Assembly (NCBI GenBank): GCA_010405405.1
Contig: MU004244.1
Span: 189,895-253,894 of the forward strand
Reading direction: 5' to 3'
DNA length: 64,000 nt
From: Microthyrium microscopicum
Taxonomy: Eukaryota
The position numbers and the translations under genes are program-made. The number at the start of each line of letters is the position of its first letter. Position 1 is the first letter of the stretch. The notes beneath the pieces are model-generated. The model had not been told where the DNA came from. It ran no database searches and was given only the letters and a program-made list of their open reading frames with translations. Below are positions 1-13,369 of the stretch, piece after piece.

Positions 1-2559
1 CGGGCACGATCTGCGAGCTTTTGAAGGCCGGTAGCATTGTTGGAGGATGAGTAGAAGAGGAGTAGACTACCAAGGTCCCGAGCATGCCAGAAGCATTCTT
101 CCGCAAGTGCTAGATCAAAGGCGACAAGCGCAGCGTCGCCAACAACGCGCCACTTGTGTTCCTCGTCACGGAGGCGTGCGAGATTGAGAGCTTCATCGAG
201 TCTGCCGAGGGATAGAGCGAGGTCGAAGCGATGTTCTGGATCAGTTGCGACTTCGAGCGCTTCTTCCTTGTAGCCTTGGCCTTCGAGGAAGCGAGCAATC
301 TTGCTCTTTTGCTCATCTCCAATGTCTGGTAGCATCTCCATGGCGGTCTCTAGCTCGCCACGGAGCACCAGGGTCTGGAACTCCACAAGTGCAAGTGATA
401 GAGCAAAGCTGGTTACACCGACGTCTTTATCGCAGAGGTAGATGCGTCCATCTCGAGCGAGATAACCGAGCACATACATGGGATGGTCAAAATGTGAAAT
501 GGTGTAGCTCTTCTCGCCGACGAGATAGTTGAGGCGGTTTGTGGATGTAGTGTAGACAAAGCAGTCGCCAACCCAGCATCCGGAGGTAGCTGTTTCTGGC
601 TGATCTGTGACAACTTCGAAAGCGGCTTCTACACCGTCCTCATCGACCTCACCGGCCGACAAAGCAGCTTCATAGTTATCCCTTGAAAATCTAAGGACAT
701 AAAAAGTCTCGTCGCAGGCAAGCGCCACTATAAGTTATTAGCACAGTTCTTCTGCTAAAAGTGAAGCAACGTACCGAGCTCGCCGTTCTCTGACCAGAAG
801 ACGTTTCGTGGTTCTACTTCAATTCGTCGAACCAGTTTGCCAGAGTTCCAGTCAAAAAAGCCAACACCTCCTTGCCCCTTGACGCCCAATAAAGTACCTC
901 CACTGAGGCCCTCGGCTTGGAAACCAACATCAAGTCCACCGCCAGGTCGTTCCTTGAAGTTGCGATATACTTTGACGCTCGTTGGGGATTCGCGGACAGC
1001 GTAGTCCTTGTCGTTTTCTTTCGAACCCCATGCGAAATCTAGGCCGGCACCAAATGCTTGATTTCGAAGAGCAAGGGAGGTATATATAATCCATTCACCA
1101 TCGCCACAGACTGCGACGAAACGGCCATTGGGAGAGTGTTGTAGGGATTGTGGGTATACTTCAGTGGATCCAAGGTCTTTCTTTGGTAATGACAGGTCGT
1201 CGCCATCTTTTTGGTCCTTGTCTATTCGTGATTAGCGCCATGTCTTGTGTCGAGCTAGGATTTAAACATACCGACTCCTTTTATTTGTGTTGTCACAATG
1301 TCAGTGTGCTTGGCATATATTATCTTGCCGGAAGCATCCATACTCATGGCAGGCTCCTCGCGACCCATCTTTATGACAACCATACCCTCGTCAAAACCGA
1401 CCGCAACATTTTGTTTTCCTCGTTGATAGCATACACACCACGCACGTTCGAGTCCGTAGTTTAATGTTTGCTCGAGGCGAGCTGTGTTGGCATTCCAGAT
1501 CTTCAAAGTGCCATCCTCACTACCGGAAATGATAATAGGAAGTTCTGGGTGGTAACAGGCGAAAGACACTGATAGGATTTAGTAATGCTTGTCTTCTAAA
1601 GAGCAAGAATCTTACCGTTTGATTGATGACCTTCCAAAGTTGCAACAAGTTGCTTGGAAGTGTAATCCCAGACCTTAACGGTTTTGTCGTCAGATGTGGT
1701 GAGAATATATGGTTTATCGTTGTGAGGATAATAGTCAACCCAGTTGACACCCTATGTCGGTACATTAGCTGCTGGCTCTATTTGAATCTCCTTGATGCAT
1801 ACCTTGACCTCATGGGCTTCAAGTGTGAAGTTTGCGGTGCCCGAACCCAATGACCAGATCTTGACCGTCCGATCTAAACATGCCGACGCGAAGGTGTTGG
1901 TATCTTTGGGATTGATTGCGATGGCTGCCACTTGTTAATCATTGAACGTATCTCTCAGCATTCCGCAACATACACATGACATAGTGGCTATGCCCCTCAA
2001 ATATCTGGACACATTTCCATCCCTTTTCCCAATCCCACAATCTTATTGTCATGTCATCGCTTGCCGTGAGCACAAAACTCTGTGTTGGATGTACCGCAAT
2101 GGCACGAATATAATCAGGATGCGCCTCGAAGGTTGTGACTTTTTCCGCCGTATTGTAATTGAGGACTCGTAATTGGAAATCATCCGAGCCAGTGACAATC
2201 CAGTTCTTGCGAGCCACAAAGCGACCAGCCCGAACAGGGACATCAGTAACCTCAAATGTCTTGATCGTAGTGCCGGTTTCGTAGGACCAAATGTGAACAT
2301 GGCCACTGTAAAGCGTTGTAAGGACCCATGGTTCTAGCAGTATGTAAGATTTATGCGCAGGCGGTGTAGTAGCGGGGAAAGGTACCAGTTGGGTGAAAGT
2401 CGATGCCTTTGACACGTTCGGAGCGGGCAAACAGCTGTCTCTGTATATTCAACCAAATGTTAGCGCCAACCATTATGATAATTTTCGAGACCCAATGTGC
2501 TGTGGCTTCTTTGGAGAGCTTAGGGGAACAGGAAGACTTGCCTTGACGTCGAAGCGCAT
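1..2559 (-). CDS. SEC27: Coatomer subunit beta' (COPI), multi-exon, 3' end runs off the window
   Basis: Spliced N-terminus [26 protein letters not shown]40 exons ([25 protein letters not shown]), and later exons with [10 protein letters not shown] / [16 protein letters not shown]; several short introns. Confidence 0.96.
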
Positions 2560-2894
2560 GGCGGGCAACGGTTGATAGCAAAAGGAGTGTGGAAGCAAGG
2601 AGAAACACAGGAGCCCGAAAGAGAAGGCTGTATCACCACAACTTGAGCTTCAATGTTCGATGGCTTTGCTGTCCTCAAGTGCTGTCCTCATCAATGTTTA
2701 GAGATGCCTTCAAATGTTGGTGGGTTGAGCGTAGCCTAGTTCAGGCATCCGTTGTATCGCCCCTCTAAAATCTCATATCCCCCATTCATTATGTATGTTT
2801 CCAAGGTTAACACTTGAACATCCAAGGTTAGTCTCAATGACTGCGATGTCTACAATCCACCTCACTATTTATCCAGTGCTTTGTTTGCAATCTG

Positions 2895-3422
2895 ATGCTT
2901 CAAAGTCTTGATGCTTTGACCACTGCGATGAGCAATATAGCATATTTTCTTGGGAACTCTCGACGAAGCTGTCTCCAAGAGCGAGGAGCATTTCGAAGAT
3001 ACAGCATTCGACTGAGCTCGCAATGTAGTCTTGCCATTGCGTATCGGGAGGATGGACCACTCTCACGGGCTATAAGCCTCATGTACCATGCGGCAAAGCT
3101 CAAAATGAAGAAATGGCCTGAAGAGAATCAGGGACAGATCAACGGGGAGAAGTCATTTCCATACATATTGGAACATAGGCTGGAAAGTCGAAAAGATGAA
3201 CAGCTCGTAGATTTCGTCTACTTACCTTTTTTCCAATTTGTAGCAGGGACGTGTGGTCTACAATATGAAAAAATATGTCCTCAAGCTCAACATTCTCTAG
3301 CGAAAGATGACAGCGCAAGTCAGCATTTTCTGTCATCATCCCGTTATTGTCCAGAGTACCCTCTTGTCCCCTCGGATTCATTGTATCAAAAACTTTTCAT
3401 AATCGTTCAAGTCTATGAGTAA
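2895..3422 (+). CDS. Possible hypothetical protein (fragment; gene model unresolved)
   Basis: 175-codon open frame divergent from SEC27, no recognisable motif. Confidence 0.25.
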   Translation: MLQSLDALTTAMSNIAYFLGNSRRSCLQERGAFRRYSIRLSSQCSLAIAYREDGPLSRAISLMYHAAKLKMKKWPEENQGQINGEKSFPYILEHRLESRKDEQLVDFVYLPFFQFVAGTCGLQYEKICPQAQHSLAKDDSASQHFLSSSRYCPEYPLVPSDSLYQKLFIIVQVYE

Positions 3423-4515
3423 GACCATAATTATAAAGACCGAGCTGTTAGGGAGGCTCCATAGACCGGGCTGGCAATATCACGATAGATGCCACCTGCC
3501 AGTCTTGTTCAGCATCCGCAATTGCGAACACAGGCCACGCGTTGTTGAATCACTAGCCAGCAATGTCTCCATTTCTCACTGTTCGTAGTAAAGATAAGAT
3601 ATCATCTTACATGTACCTGCTCGTGAACCTCACAAGCCCATCATCCGGTGAGGAGAACCGAAGCTGCGAGACGGACAATAACACCACAACCAGCTACATA
3701 CCTACATGCATCAGGATCAGCATTACGTATACCTTTTCAAGAAAGCAACAGTTGTGCCGTACCTCGCCGATCGTGCTGATCTCTCACTCAAAGCCAACTT
3801 CAATCCTTCAATGCTCGTCCTACCCTACGAAGCGACGACATCAAGCAACTAACACTAGCCACATACTACTCAGCGCATAGAGTCGCCCACAGATAACATC
3901 ACGGACAAAGAACCTGAAGAGAATTGAATGCAGACAATAAATTATTCCACCCCAATTCTACTACCAGAATGGTGGATTATAGTTTTTATGTACATGCCGC
4001 CCATCCCCAACACCTCTCGCTCTCCATCAGCCACACAAAATCGCGCATAACATACTCTATGTATGCACTTCGCCTCCAGCCAAAAGGCTAAGATTGACCC
4101 CATAAGATTTCCTCTCTGCCAAAAAGGCTAGTAGAGGGTAATTGTAGTAGTATAATAGTAGTAGCAAAAAGTTCTCCATGAGAAAAAAAAACAAGGCAGT
4201 TGTAAAACAGAATCGTCTACGTCCCGCCGGCTCCCACGCTCGTGCGTAGGACTGGTATCTTTGAAGAAAAAAAGAAAAGCAAATAGTAGTAAAGGAAAAT
4301 ATATGTTGGCAATGTGATGATGATCGATGAAGTTTGGATCGTTGTGGAGGAGGGGCGGACAGTTGAGTTTGGCGATCGGCTGTCCAATGGTGTCGTAAGA
4401 TTAGGACCCGGCCAATGTCCGTGTGTCGATGATGTTCCGTTTGAAAACGACGTTTTTGTTTCGTTTACTTTACGATTTGTTCCGTGCACAGCACGAAGAT
4501 CCTTTTGGCTAGCTT

Positions 4516-7293
4516 TTAGTTCCAGCCGAGAGAATTTTCTGACATGACGGGTGCGGATATTTGAGCTGTTTGCACGCTACGCCCGCTCGTATTTCCACTG
4601 CCCCGGCTATCTCTACTACCCAGGGAACTGTTACCAGCACCAGCACCGGTCATCCAGGCTGGATCGCCGCTGATGGAGCTTGAGCGTTGGTGACGACGAC
4701 GGCGCTGCATGTATCGACGGGAAACCATGATCATAGCAAAACCATATACTGCAGCACCAGCAACAAGTGGAGCGACAATCGTAGTGGTTGACTTGTTAGC
4801 TGGTCCACTGTTTTGAGCATCGGCGCCAAAGGGATCGGCTCCGTTTGCTGAATTGGTCGCACTGGATGATTGAGATCCAACAGTTGCAGAAGAGTCGAGC
4901 ATTGGTTGTCCTGCAATAAGAGGGATGCCAGTGTTGATATACTTCATCAGAGTGAAAACGCGTGGATCGGGGTGCTTAAATAAAGGAGAATTCGGGGTAT
5001 GTAGAGCAATCGACAGTTGAGAGATTGAATCGGTTGGCACATACATCATAGCCAATGTAGTAACATATTTGAGTGACTTTGAAGTGTCGTATGGCTGAAT
5101 TGATTGCATCTGAACATCCGTGTTTCCGATATCACCAGCGACAGCCATTGGAACAAACTGGAAAATCTGATTGATGGCATCTTCGTTTGTGGAGACGAAT
5201 TGGTAGTTCAACTCTTGTAAGAAACCGAATTGAACAAGAGTCATGCCAGCTTGCTTGTTTGGCTTGCCACCAGGAGGTTGAATAACCTTCGGCAGAGAAC
5301 TTGGAGTGGACGAATATTGAGGGGCTCCAGATTGAACCACAATTACTGTTTGTGATGCTATGCCAGAGCTGTTATCAGTGGCTGTAGCCGAAACAGTAAA
5401 TTGATTTGGCAGCTTGTTGGTGGTGGACGGAAGAGGGGCCTGAGTTACCAATGGGTTGGGAGGTGGGGCCGAAGATGGTAGAGTAGTGTTCTCTGTTCCA
5501 GCAGAAACAGGAGTGGCAGACGATGCGGGTGGCACAGGAGATTTGCTCACATCAGTTGGGGTGGCGGGAGTGGTAGTCTCAGTTCCAGTGGTAGTTGTCG
5601 CTCCAGTGCCAACAGGTAATACACTTCCAGTGCTGGCTGGTAGGCCAGATCCAGAAGGAAGGACACCAGACGGGAGAAGTCCAGATCCAGTTGCTGATGG
5701 AATTCCGCCGCTGAGAGGATTGCTGACTGGGGGAATTATGCCACTCAATGGATCAGAAGGCAATGGATTAGTAGACAACGTGTTGGATGGTAAGGTGATA
5801 GTTGGTAGCGAGACTGGTAAAGTAACGCTAGGCAGGACTCCAGTACCAGAAGGCTGTAGAGCAGGAACAGAGATTGGCACAGGGAGAACAATTCCAGCTG
5901 ATCCGGTAGTGGTGCCAGATACATCTGAAACTGGTATGATTGTTGGTAAAACGCCACCAGTGCCTACTGAAGGCGCGGAAGTTGGCAGAACTCCAGGTAA
6001 AAGAGATGGCAGGACCGATAAAGGATTGCTAGGAGTTCCTGAAGCGCTAACAAGTTGAGGTGTTATGCTCTGACTGCCTCCTAGAGTGTTTCCTAGACCA
6101 GATCCTAGATCAGGGCTACTCGTGGCGGTAGGTAGTATTCCACTGATCACAGTGTTCAAGCCAACAATGATTTGCGAGCTAGCCGGGCTCGAAGGAAGTA
6201 ACCCGCCGAGTCCAAGGCTCGGGTCAACGGAAGAAGGCGAACTTGGAAGTACAATTGCCGGGATGATGGCTGAACCAGTTCCTGATGCAGTTGGTGCTGA
6301 GGAGGTAGGTAGAACAATTGGGAGACCGTTAGAGGGCTGGCTAGAGGGAGAACCTGAGCTCCCAATGAGCGAACCTAGATCAGCCGAAGAAAGGAGTGTC
6401 GGAAGAGATGGTTGGCTGACTGAAGGTAGAATTGATGGAAGAATTGACGAAACCGGAATAGGAAGGCCGGCAGAATTTATAGACTGGCTTTGAGGTGAGA
6501 TTGAGAGAGAAACGCTGATGGCTGCCGAGCTTGTGGGCTGAAGTCCTCCTGTCAAAGATGGAAGCACGCTTGATACAACTGTTGGCACTATGGTAGGAAG
6601 AGCTACAGATGCGCTTGATGGTGATATAACGTTGGGGAGAAGAGCTCCGAGACCCACTGATGATGAGGCGCTGGAACCAACGCTTGGTACCACACTGGGA
6701 AGAATCGATGCCGGAGTAGATGACGCTACTATCGTAGGAGGATCAAAGGCTGCGGATGACGACACTGGGACTGGAACAGCGCTTGATACTACGCTCTTGG
6801 CTTCCGCAGCCGGTGAAGATGGTACTACGCTAGGCGCAGCACTTGGGACAACGCTCGGAGCTGCAGGAGATATAGCTGGCGTTGATGATAGTTGTGGTAG
6901 TATGCTTGAAAGTGCTATGCTTCCTAGGTCTAATGTCGGAGAAGCAGAAGGTATCGCTGGCACGGTACTGGGATTTATTATGGCCTGCGATGGATCTGAA
7001 GATGGTACCGAGACGGGTATTATTGGAACTAAAGCGGAGGATGATTGTGCTGAAGAAGGATCTGAGGATGCCACCAACGCTGGTGTTGTGCTTGTTGGTA
7101 TCACATCCGATGTTGATGATGATATGACAGGAGGGGATCCATTATTGAACAGTTGGCCAGTAAGTTGCCTCCTTACAGGTACGCGATACCTTCTCTGAAT
7201 GTTTCTCGATTGGCCCGGTGCGGGAGCGGCGTCAGCTAGGATGGGAGCACCCAAAAGCGCTATTGAAGCGGCCCATATTGTTGTGGTCCGCAT
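4516..7293 (-). CDS. MSB2: Msb2/MsbA-type signalling mucin
   Basis: Signal peptide, long S/T/P-rich mucin tract, globular segment (LVQFGFLQELNYQFV...IQPYDT...TTLA), one TM helix followed by RRYMQRRRRH, C-terminus ISAPVMSENSLGWN. Confidence 0.92.
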   Translation of the reverse strand: MRTTTIWAASIALLGAPILADAAPAPGQSRNIQRRYRVPVRRQLTGQLFNNGSPPVISSSTSDVIPTSTTPALVASSDPSSAQSSSALVPIIPVSVPSSDPSQAIINPSTVPAIPSASPTLDLGSIALSSILPQLSSTPAISPAAPSVVPSAAPSVVPSSPAAEAKSVVSSAVPVPVSSSAAFDPPTIVASSTPASILPSVVPSVGSSASSSVGLGALLPNVISPSSASVALPTIVPTVVSSVLPSLTGGLQPTSSAAISVSLSISPQSQSINSAGLPIPVSSILPSILPSVSQPSLPTLLSSADLGSLIGSSGSPSSQPSNGLPIVLPTSSAPTASGTGSAIIPAIVLPSSPSSVDPSLGLGGLLPSSPASSQIIVGLNTVISGILPTATSSPDLGSGLGNTLGGSQSITPQLVSASGTPSNPLSVLPSLLPGVLPTSAPSVGTGGVLPTIIPVSDVSGTTTGSAGIVLPVPISVPALQPSGTGVLPSVTLPVSLPTITLPSNTLSTNPLPSDPLSGIIPPVSNPLSGGIPSATGSGLLPSGVLPSGSGLPASTGSVLPVGTGATTTTGTETTTPATPTDVSKSPVPPASSATPVSAGTENTTLPSSAPPPNPLVTQAPLPSTTNKLPNQFTVSATATDNSSGIASQTVIVVQSGAPQYSSTPSSLPKVIQPPGGKPNKQAGMTLVQFGFLQELNYQFVSTNEDAINQIFQFVPMAVAGDIGNTDVQMQSIQPYDTSKSLKYVTTLAMMYVPTDSISQLSIALHTPNSPLFKHPDPRVFTLMKYINTGIPLIAGQPMLDSSATVGSQSSSATNSANGADPFGADAQNSGPANKSTTTIVAPLVAGAAVYGFAMIMVSRRYMQRRRRHQRSSSISGDPAWMTGAGAGNSSLGSRDSRGSGNTSGRSVQTAQISAPVMSENSLGWN

Positions 7294-7498
7294 TTTGAAA
7301 TTAGTGAAATAGAATACTCAAAGCAGCAATTTATCCTGGGGGTATCTTGGAAAAGGACGGTGACGCTGGGTCTACTGTCGGATGATTAGAGACGAGTGAA
7401 TGGATAGGTAGGATAATGGGGTGATCGTACGGTCTTGTTTGATGGTAAAACGAGTGTAATTGACGATAGAGTCAAAAGAGTGTGGGGTGATGTATTAT

Positions 7499-7595
7499 CT
7501 GCGCGACAAGAGATGTTAGTTTCAAATCAAGAGAAGGAACGACCCAGGAAGAAGAAAGTATGAGGAAGGAACGATGGAAGGAGTGGGTTGCTTAC
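7499..7595 (-). other. Probable 5'-UTR intron of the mucin gene
   Basis: Minus strand GTAAG donor (7595), CTAAC branch point (~7517), CAG acceptor (7499). Confidence 0.55.
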
Positions 7596-8851
7596 TAGAA
7601 TACGCGTAGAGCAGAATGACTTTTTTGGTCGTGACGCCAACCAAAAGACGAGAAACGAAGAAGACGCTATATGGACAAACTGTGTAAGAGGTCTAGACTG
7701 ATCAATCCGACATCTTTAACGATGAAGAAAAGTCTGATCCGAGATTTGAGCTATGCTCTTTTGTTCAAACAAAAAAACCTCGTGTCTTCAAATCATTCAG
7801 TCTCTTGTCCAGTCCTTCAAGCTGTAGCGCAATGTCTTTGGGGTTAGACAAAGCGCGACTTCTTTGTTTCCTTGTTTCTTGAAAAAGTTTCGCCTCTCGT
7901 ATCGTCTGTTTATCCGGCGAGTATTCCAGAGACGCCAATCGAGAGCCCTGGCGTGGTATTGTCCTGGAATTAGACCCGTTCGGTTGCGTGACAATCGTCG
8001 TGAAGTCTGTCAATATCGCTGTAGAATGAGAGTGTTGGTAGAGAACGAATGACCGTGTATCCTAAAGAGTGAAATCCAATCCCATCAACCCAAACAAAGA
8101 GTGAATCGAGTCGAAAAAGCCCGGAAGGGAAGAGGAAGGAAGAAGATCGAGGACGGTTGAAGGAGCGACGGCGGCGAGGTTGAAGGTCTGCCGGTGCTGG
8201 CAGATGCTAGCGAACCAGGCGGAGGATTGTCGTGTCGGCGGGTGGAGAGAAGGAAGAAGGGAGAAAGGAGGATTGGCTCGTGGTGAAGGGCGCGGCAGTG
8301 GAAGGCTACTGAACTGGGCTCCAGTAGAAAAGTCGTGTGTTAACGGCAACAACCCGTCGAGGCGTGCCTTGGGGAACGAAAATGGCAGCGCTGGGCAAAC
8401 ATCAAGGGAGAATGAGGCGGCGACTAGGCGAAAAAGTATGGCATCTCCAGAGTTGTATTGTGGCCCAAGAAGTGGCAGAAGGAAGCCCGTGGGGAGCGAA
8501 GGCGTTGAGAAAGGCGCTTTGGCGGAGTGGAGGGTGAACAGTGATGGTAATAGTTCCAGGGCGCCAGCCAAGGGTGCGGTAGGATGGAATTGGATTTCAA
8601 GAAAGGAGTCGAGAGGAGAGTGGACACTGCACACTGGGTGAAATCTTACAGAGTACGAATACAGTACAGGAGGCGCACCGTAGTGTCGACGAGGCTTGGC
8701 GGGAAGCAAATGCACATTGGCCGGCCGCCGAATGAGGAATGGGGCGGCTCCTGTGCTTGCTAAAGTTGCTGCTACCCACTATTCATTCACGGTACTGCAA
8801 GTCTGCGACTCTTCTCTATGGCTAGCCTGGGCCTGGTACACACTCCTACAA

Positions 8852-8881
8852 TCCTAGTTTCCTAGTTTCCTAGTTACCTAG
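8852..8881. repeat. Short tandem repeat (CCTAGTTT)~3.5
   Basis: cctagtttcctagtttcctagttacctag. Confidence 0.8.
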
Positions 8882-8992
8882 AACACTTCAAGCGATTTCA
8901 TAGCAATCTAGTCTGGACGTGGTAACTACTGGGATTGCTGACTGCCACGGCTGGACTGCGACTGACAGAACACGACATGGGACAGACCGTCA

Positions 8993-9020
8993 ACTACTGG
9001 GACTACTGGGACTACTGGGA
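8993..9020. repeat. Short tandem repeat (ACTACTGGG)x3, with another copy near 8926
   Basis: actactgggactactgggactactggga. Confidence 0.85.
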
Positions 9021-12000
9021 GAATAGCAACTGCAAGAGACCTGGCGGGAAATCATAAACTCATGGATTGATCAGGAGCCAAGACATCGACGGCCACGACG
9101 ACGAGAACGACGAGAGACGCGGCGTTGCAGCAATTGACCAAAGTGCAGGCAGCATGGGCAACATTGGGCTCCATGGGCCATGCACTGTAAAGTGTGGGCT
9201 ACCAAGGCTACCTTACGGATACGGGGATGCGAGCGACGGGGTGTGCCCACAGGGTGTACTTGTACAATCATTTTGGGTGTAATAATAATATCGGCCAGAG
9301 CCTGCCAGACGCTGTGAAAGAGGAGTTGTCCAAGGAGGCCCTGGTGGTCCTTGATGTGTCTAATATTATTCAATAAGGGGTTAAATGTGGGAACCTTCCT
9401 TTAACAGGCAAGCCTTGTATCACTATATATCCTCCCTGGCTCGTGGCACCAGAGTCCAGAATCAAGAATCAAGAATTAAGATGACAAGACAGCTTTGCCC
9501 TCTTGTCCAGATGAGTATGAAATCTGCTTGTTCTTGTACAACTAACAATCTCTCTATGATCTTGTCTGTCAAATCCAGAGCCATCACGGCTGAACGTTCA
9601 ATTGTCAATTCACAATACATGTCATAGAGTACCAGTAGAGTAAGAAACAACCCAAACATGGCTTGGTCCGGGGTATGTGCGCCGCTTCAATATCACGATT
9701 GGTGGCAGATGCACCATTCTTCCCCTTGTTTCTGTGCAGGCTGCACGTCTGACGGCCGCTGTTCGCTGCAGATTGAACAGGCCAAGTCTTGTCAGAACCG
9801 AGCATACAATAGCTCAAGATCCAAGGCGACGGTGCTCTATCATCAACAGGTAGCTCTCAGGCAATTTCGGCAGCGCGCCCAGCAGTCATGACAGTTCTCG
9901 GCAGTAATTATTTGTTACCAACTGCAGTCTGCAAGTGCAGTACAGATAGCATCGACTCGTGGCAAGCTTGTGACGGTACCGTTCTTCTGCAGTTAGGTTC
10001 CTGAGCTTGTCTCAATTCAGGAACCTAATATTACTCGCCGCGGCGCTTGCCAGAAGTTACAACGCCTGCCTCAAATTGCCGCTGCCCCTACCGTTGACTA
10101 ATAATTTTCGAATTTGTGTTGACACTGTTGAGCATTGATGGCTGCCGCGCTCCGCTTCAGAAAAAAAGCCGTCATGTTTGGAACTTTTGACGGTATCCTT
10201 GTGGCGTCAACCATTCCTCATCTCTTGCGTGATTGGTGTTTTGTTTTTTCCAGCGCGTTAAAACTCTGAACATTCCACGGTCAGTAAGAAACCAGAAACA
10301 ATATCCATGATAATGATGATAGCAGTATGGTTCGATGCCTCTTAACCTTGGATTACCCTCGTGAATCCACACTTCACGAGCCCAGAGTACAAGTCCGCAA
10401 GCCTATGTCATTTGGAGCTTGCCCTTCATCCTCCCCGCTTGGTCGAAGCGACGGCGACCGTTGGTACCAGACGGGCGACGGTGAACAAATGAAAAAACAG
10501 GGTTCGGCGTGCACCCGTAAATTAACAGGCAAATTGAAATTGCCCTGATGGTTGACAGGTACACACCAAAAGTATTCTCCTAGGAAGCTAGCTGTCTTAG
10601 GTCTAGCGTATATCGATTAGAGAGGCGAGACACAAGTTGTGTAGAGTAGTAAGCAATTGAACACTGTCCAAAGAAACGTGATCGAACAAGGCGAAAAAAC
10701 ACAAAAAACACAAACCAGTTGACTGATTCAAAGGTACTCTATGCTTGACTTTGTCGTGCTTGTCCAATCAGCCAGCTTGTCAGCACTGTTCGGCGAAATT
10801 GCGCCTCTTTCACTGGTGCCGTTCTGGCTTGTCTGGTGTCTTTGGCTAAACCTCCTTTAGGACACTCCACGAGAACCTTTCCAGCCACTGGCCTGCTCTT
10901 AAACTAGTCGAGACAATAGTGAACAATGAAAAAGATCTGAAAGGGAATTGATCTGTCTTTGAACTTTCCGCACGCGCGCTTAGAGCAAGCCTTTTCACGT
11001 CAAACCTCCACAACGTCAAGCTTGGCTTTATTTCGCGTGGCCGTGGTTGTCGTTTTCGAACTAGCTTTCTTGCATTACTCGAAATAGCAAACTTGAATAT
11101 CGATTGTTGCCTCTGTGGGCCGAGTTGTGCCGACATGAGCATTTTGTGTTCACTGTACTTTACTTCGAAGAACTTTCTGTATAGATAAGCAGCTGGAACG
11201 TTATGAAACCTGGAGCTCGTTGATACTTGAGAAACGCTTGCTCGATGCTTGCTGCATGCATGCATCATGGGCCTATCGCCAACGGTAGACTGACGACGCA
11301 AAGGACATTTTCCGATTTCGCACCTGTATTGCAAGTGTGCAACTGGTAAACCAACCATGAAGCACCTCTTACAATCCGCGACGGCCCGAGTCAGCGCAAA
11401 GCGTCAAGTTGCCTATTATTTCATTCCGTGGCATCTCTGTAATTGATGGATAGAAAAATCCTTGGGCAGGTCTCAGGGATCGGCTACTAAAACAATTAGA
11501 GAACAATGACACAACTGGCAATCTTCTAGAAGGTTTCTTTCAGATTCTTATGCCCGACCAGCCTATTTGTTTACATCGCAACTCTTCGCATATACTCATC
11601 ACCGTATATCAATTACTTCCTGTAGGTTGTCAGCGGGAAGTCATTTGGCACCCAATCAACCAAAGATATCGCTAGGACAGATTCAAGAACATTCTATATC
11701 CAATGTGGTGGATAGACTAACTAGGTAGGTAGTATGACCTTGTCACGCATGCTGAGAGGCAAAACAATTGATAAGTAGGCGTAATCATTTTGTCTAGAAG
11801 TTCACTATCAGAATCGAACGAGCCGACTTTACAGCAATTGGAAACCCTACTTAGTTAATGTATCACGACCCCCTCTTCTTCCCTTGAAGCAGTGTGTCTC
11901 ACTGTACTGTTGTACATGATCAATTTCCAGTCCTGTGATACCTTCGGTAGTTTGTCACTAATCCAACTTAATGTTAAATAGCAAACCATGCGCAGAATTT

Positions 12001-13369
12001 GACCGAGATTGGTCAATATGATAGTGACAGCAAACTGTCATATTCTCTGCTTCTTCATCCACAACCAACTATTTGAGTTCTCGGGATGACTTCCAGATAC
12101 GCACATGCACATCGGGATGCAAACGGTCCTTCAGTGCTACACCTGCGTGACACAGTTTGGACGTGACATTCCTGCCTCCTCGTGCAAGGGACGAGTATCT
12201 CTTTAGGCCAGTGGCGCTGCTAAATGCTGTCGTGTACCAATCCATGCCCTCAACACTGAAGATTGGTGACATGATAACAAAGCCTTTGTTGACATACAGT
12301 CATATACCTTCTACAGTCTTGGTAATCATCAAAGCTGGGTAGACTCAGGAACAACTTGCATTTACATTTCTGGTATCTAAAGAGATTAAGAACTCAATCA
12401 TCGTCTCAAAGGTTGCATTGAGAAGCGACAGTACGAGGTTATCTCATGATGCCATGTTACCGTGAGGTATTCAGATAGTGCCGTATGTATCAATCTTATA
12501 AGCGCCAGCCTACCTGATTATATGGTTACTAATTAGTCTAAAGATATATTAAAAACGTGGACGAACGCGTTCACTACGTTGATTATCTGCACTTCGGGTT
12601 CGAGCCATCATCTTGGTACGCCGGTTGCAACTATCGGTTAGTGTATCAGTATCTGTCGGAGCAGAGACTATAGGTAATATTGCTGTACCTCAACGGTTAA
12701 TATTGGAGCATCTCAATAGAGGGTGAAATCACGTACCTACCATTTCAAGGCAAGTCCTTAGAGGTAGAGGATCTTAGACAGGGCTCCAGAAGAGAGTAAA
12801 TGGCGTAATGAGCTCTCAAAGCTCTAGGGTTGCTTTGGTCATTCGTTCATCTACTTAAGCTCACTTGACCGACTTCAAGAAGGTTGGACTACCATATTCA
12901 AGGGATCGATGGCACACCTCGCCAAATCTTAATATCAAGCTATTAAGTGTCTACCTTCACCGCACGAGTTACCGCACTTTTTTGTATAGCCACCTGATGT
13001 CAATTGATAGGGAATGGAACTCAGAGTGTTCGCTTCATGGATTATGCGAGAGTTATCTACAAACCTAGAATGCTATCCTGACTTCTGACGGAGATGAGCT
13101 CTCCCTGTCCCTAATAATTCAGCCAGACTTATCCATGTCAGACAGGCACAGCAAACATCAAACCACGATCTCCGGCCCGATACCGTAGCCATGAGTCGAT
13201 GAGACAAACATGTTTCCCCAACTAGCCCTTTTCATCAAAGACTTTGTCGACAACTTCCACTCACTCCTCAATTGAGATTCCCAGTATTTCCCCTTCGGTA
13301 ATGGACCCCATGGATCTGGCCCTTATTGTATAGGATCCTCTCAGGTGGTAACTTGATCACCACAAGATA

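Noticed and set aside
5456..7198. Long plus-strand ORFs (200, 135 and 202 aa)
   Set aside because: Antisense shadows of the Ser/Pro/Thr-biased mucin codons.
8062..8715. 217-aa minus-strand and 153-aa plus-strand ORFs
   Set aside because: Low-complexity purine/pyrimidine-skewed leader-like DNA with no domain signal.
12590..12610. GGTTCGAGCC B-box-like sequence (similar ones near 10328 and 38082)
   Set aside because: No cloverleaf or matching acceptor stem seen, so no tRNA called.
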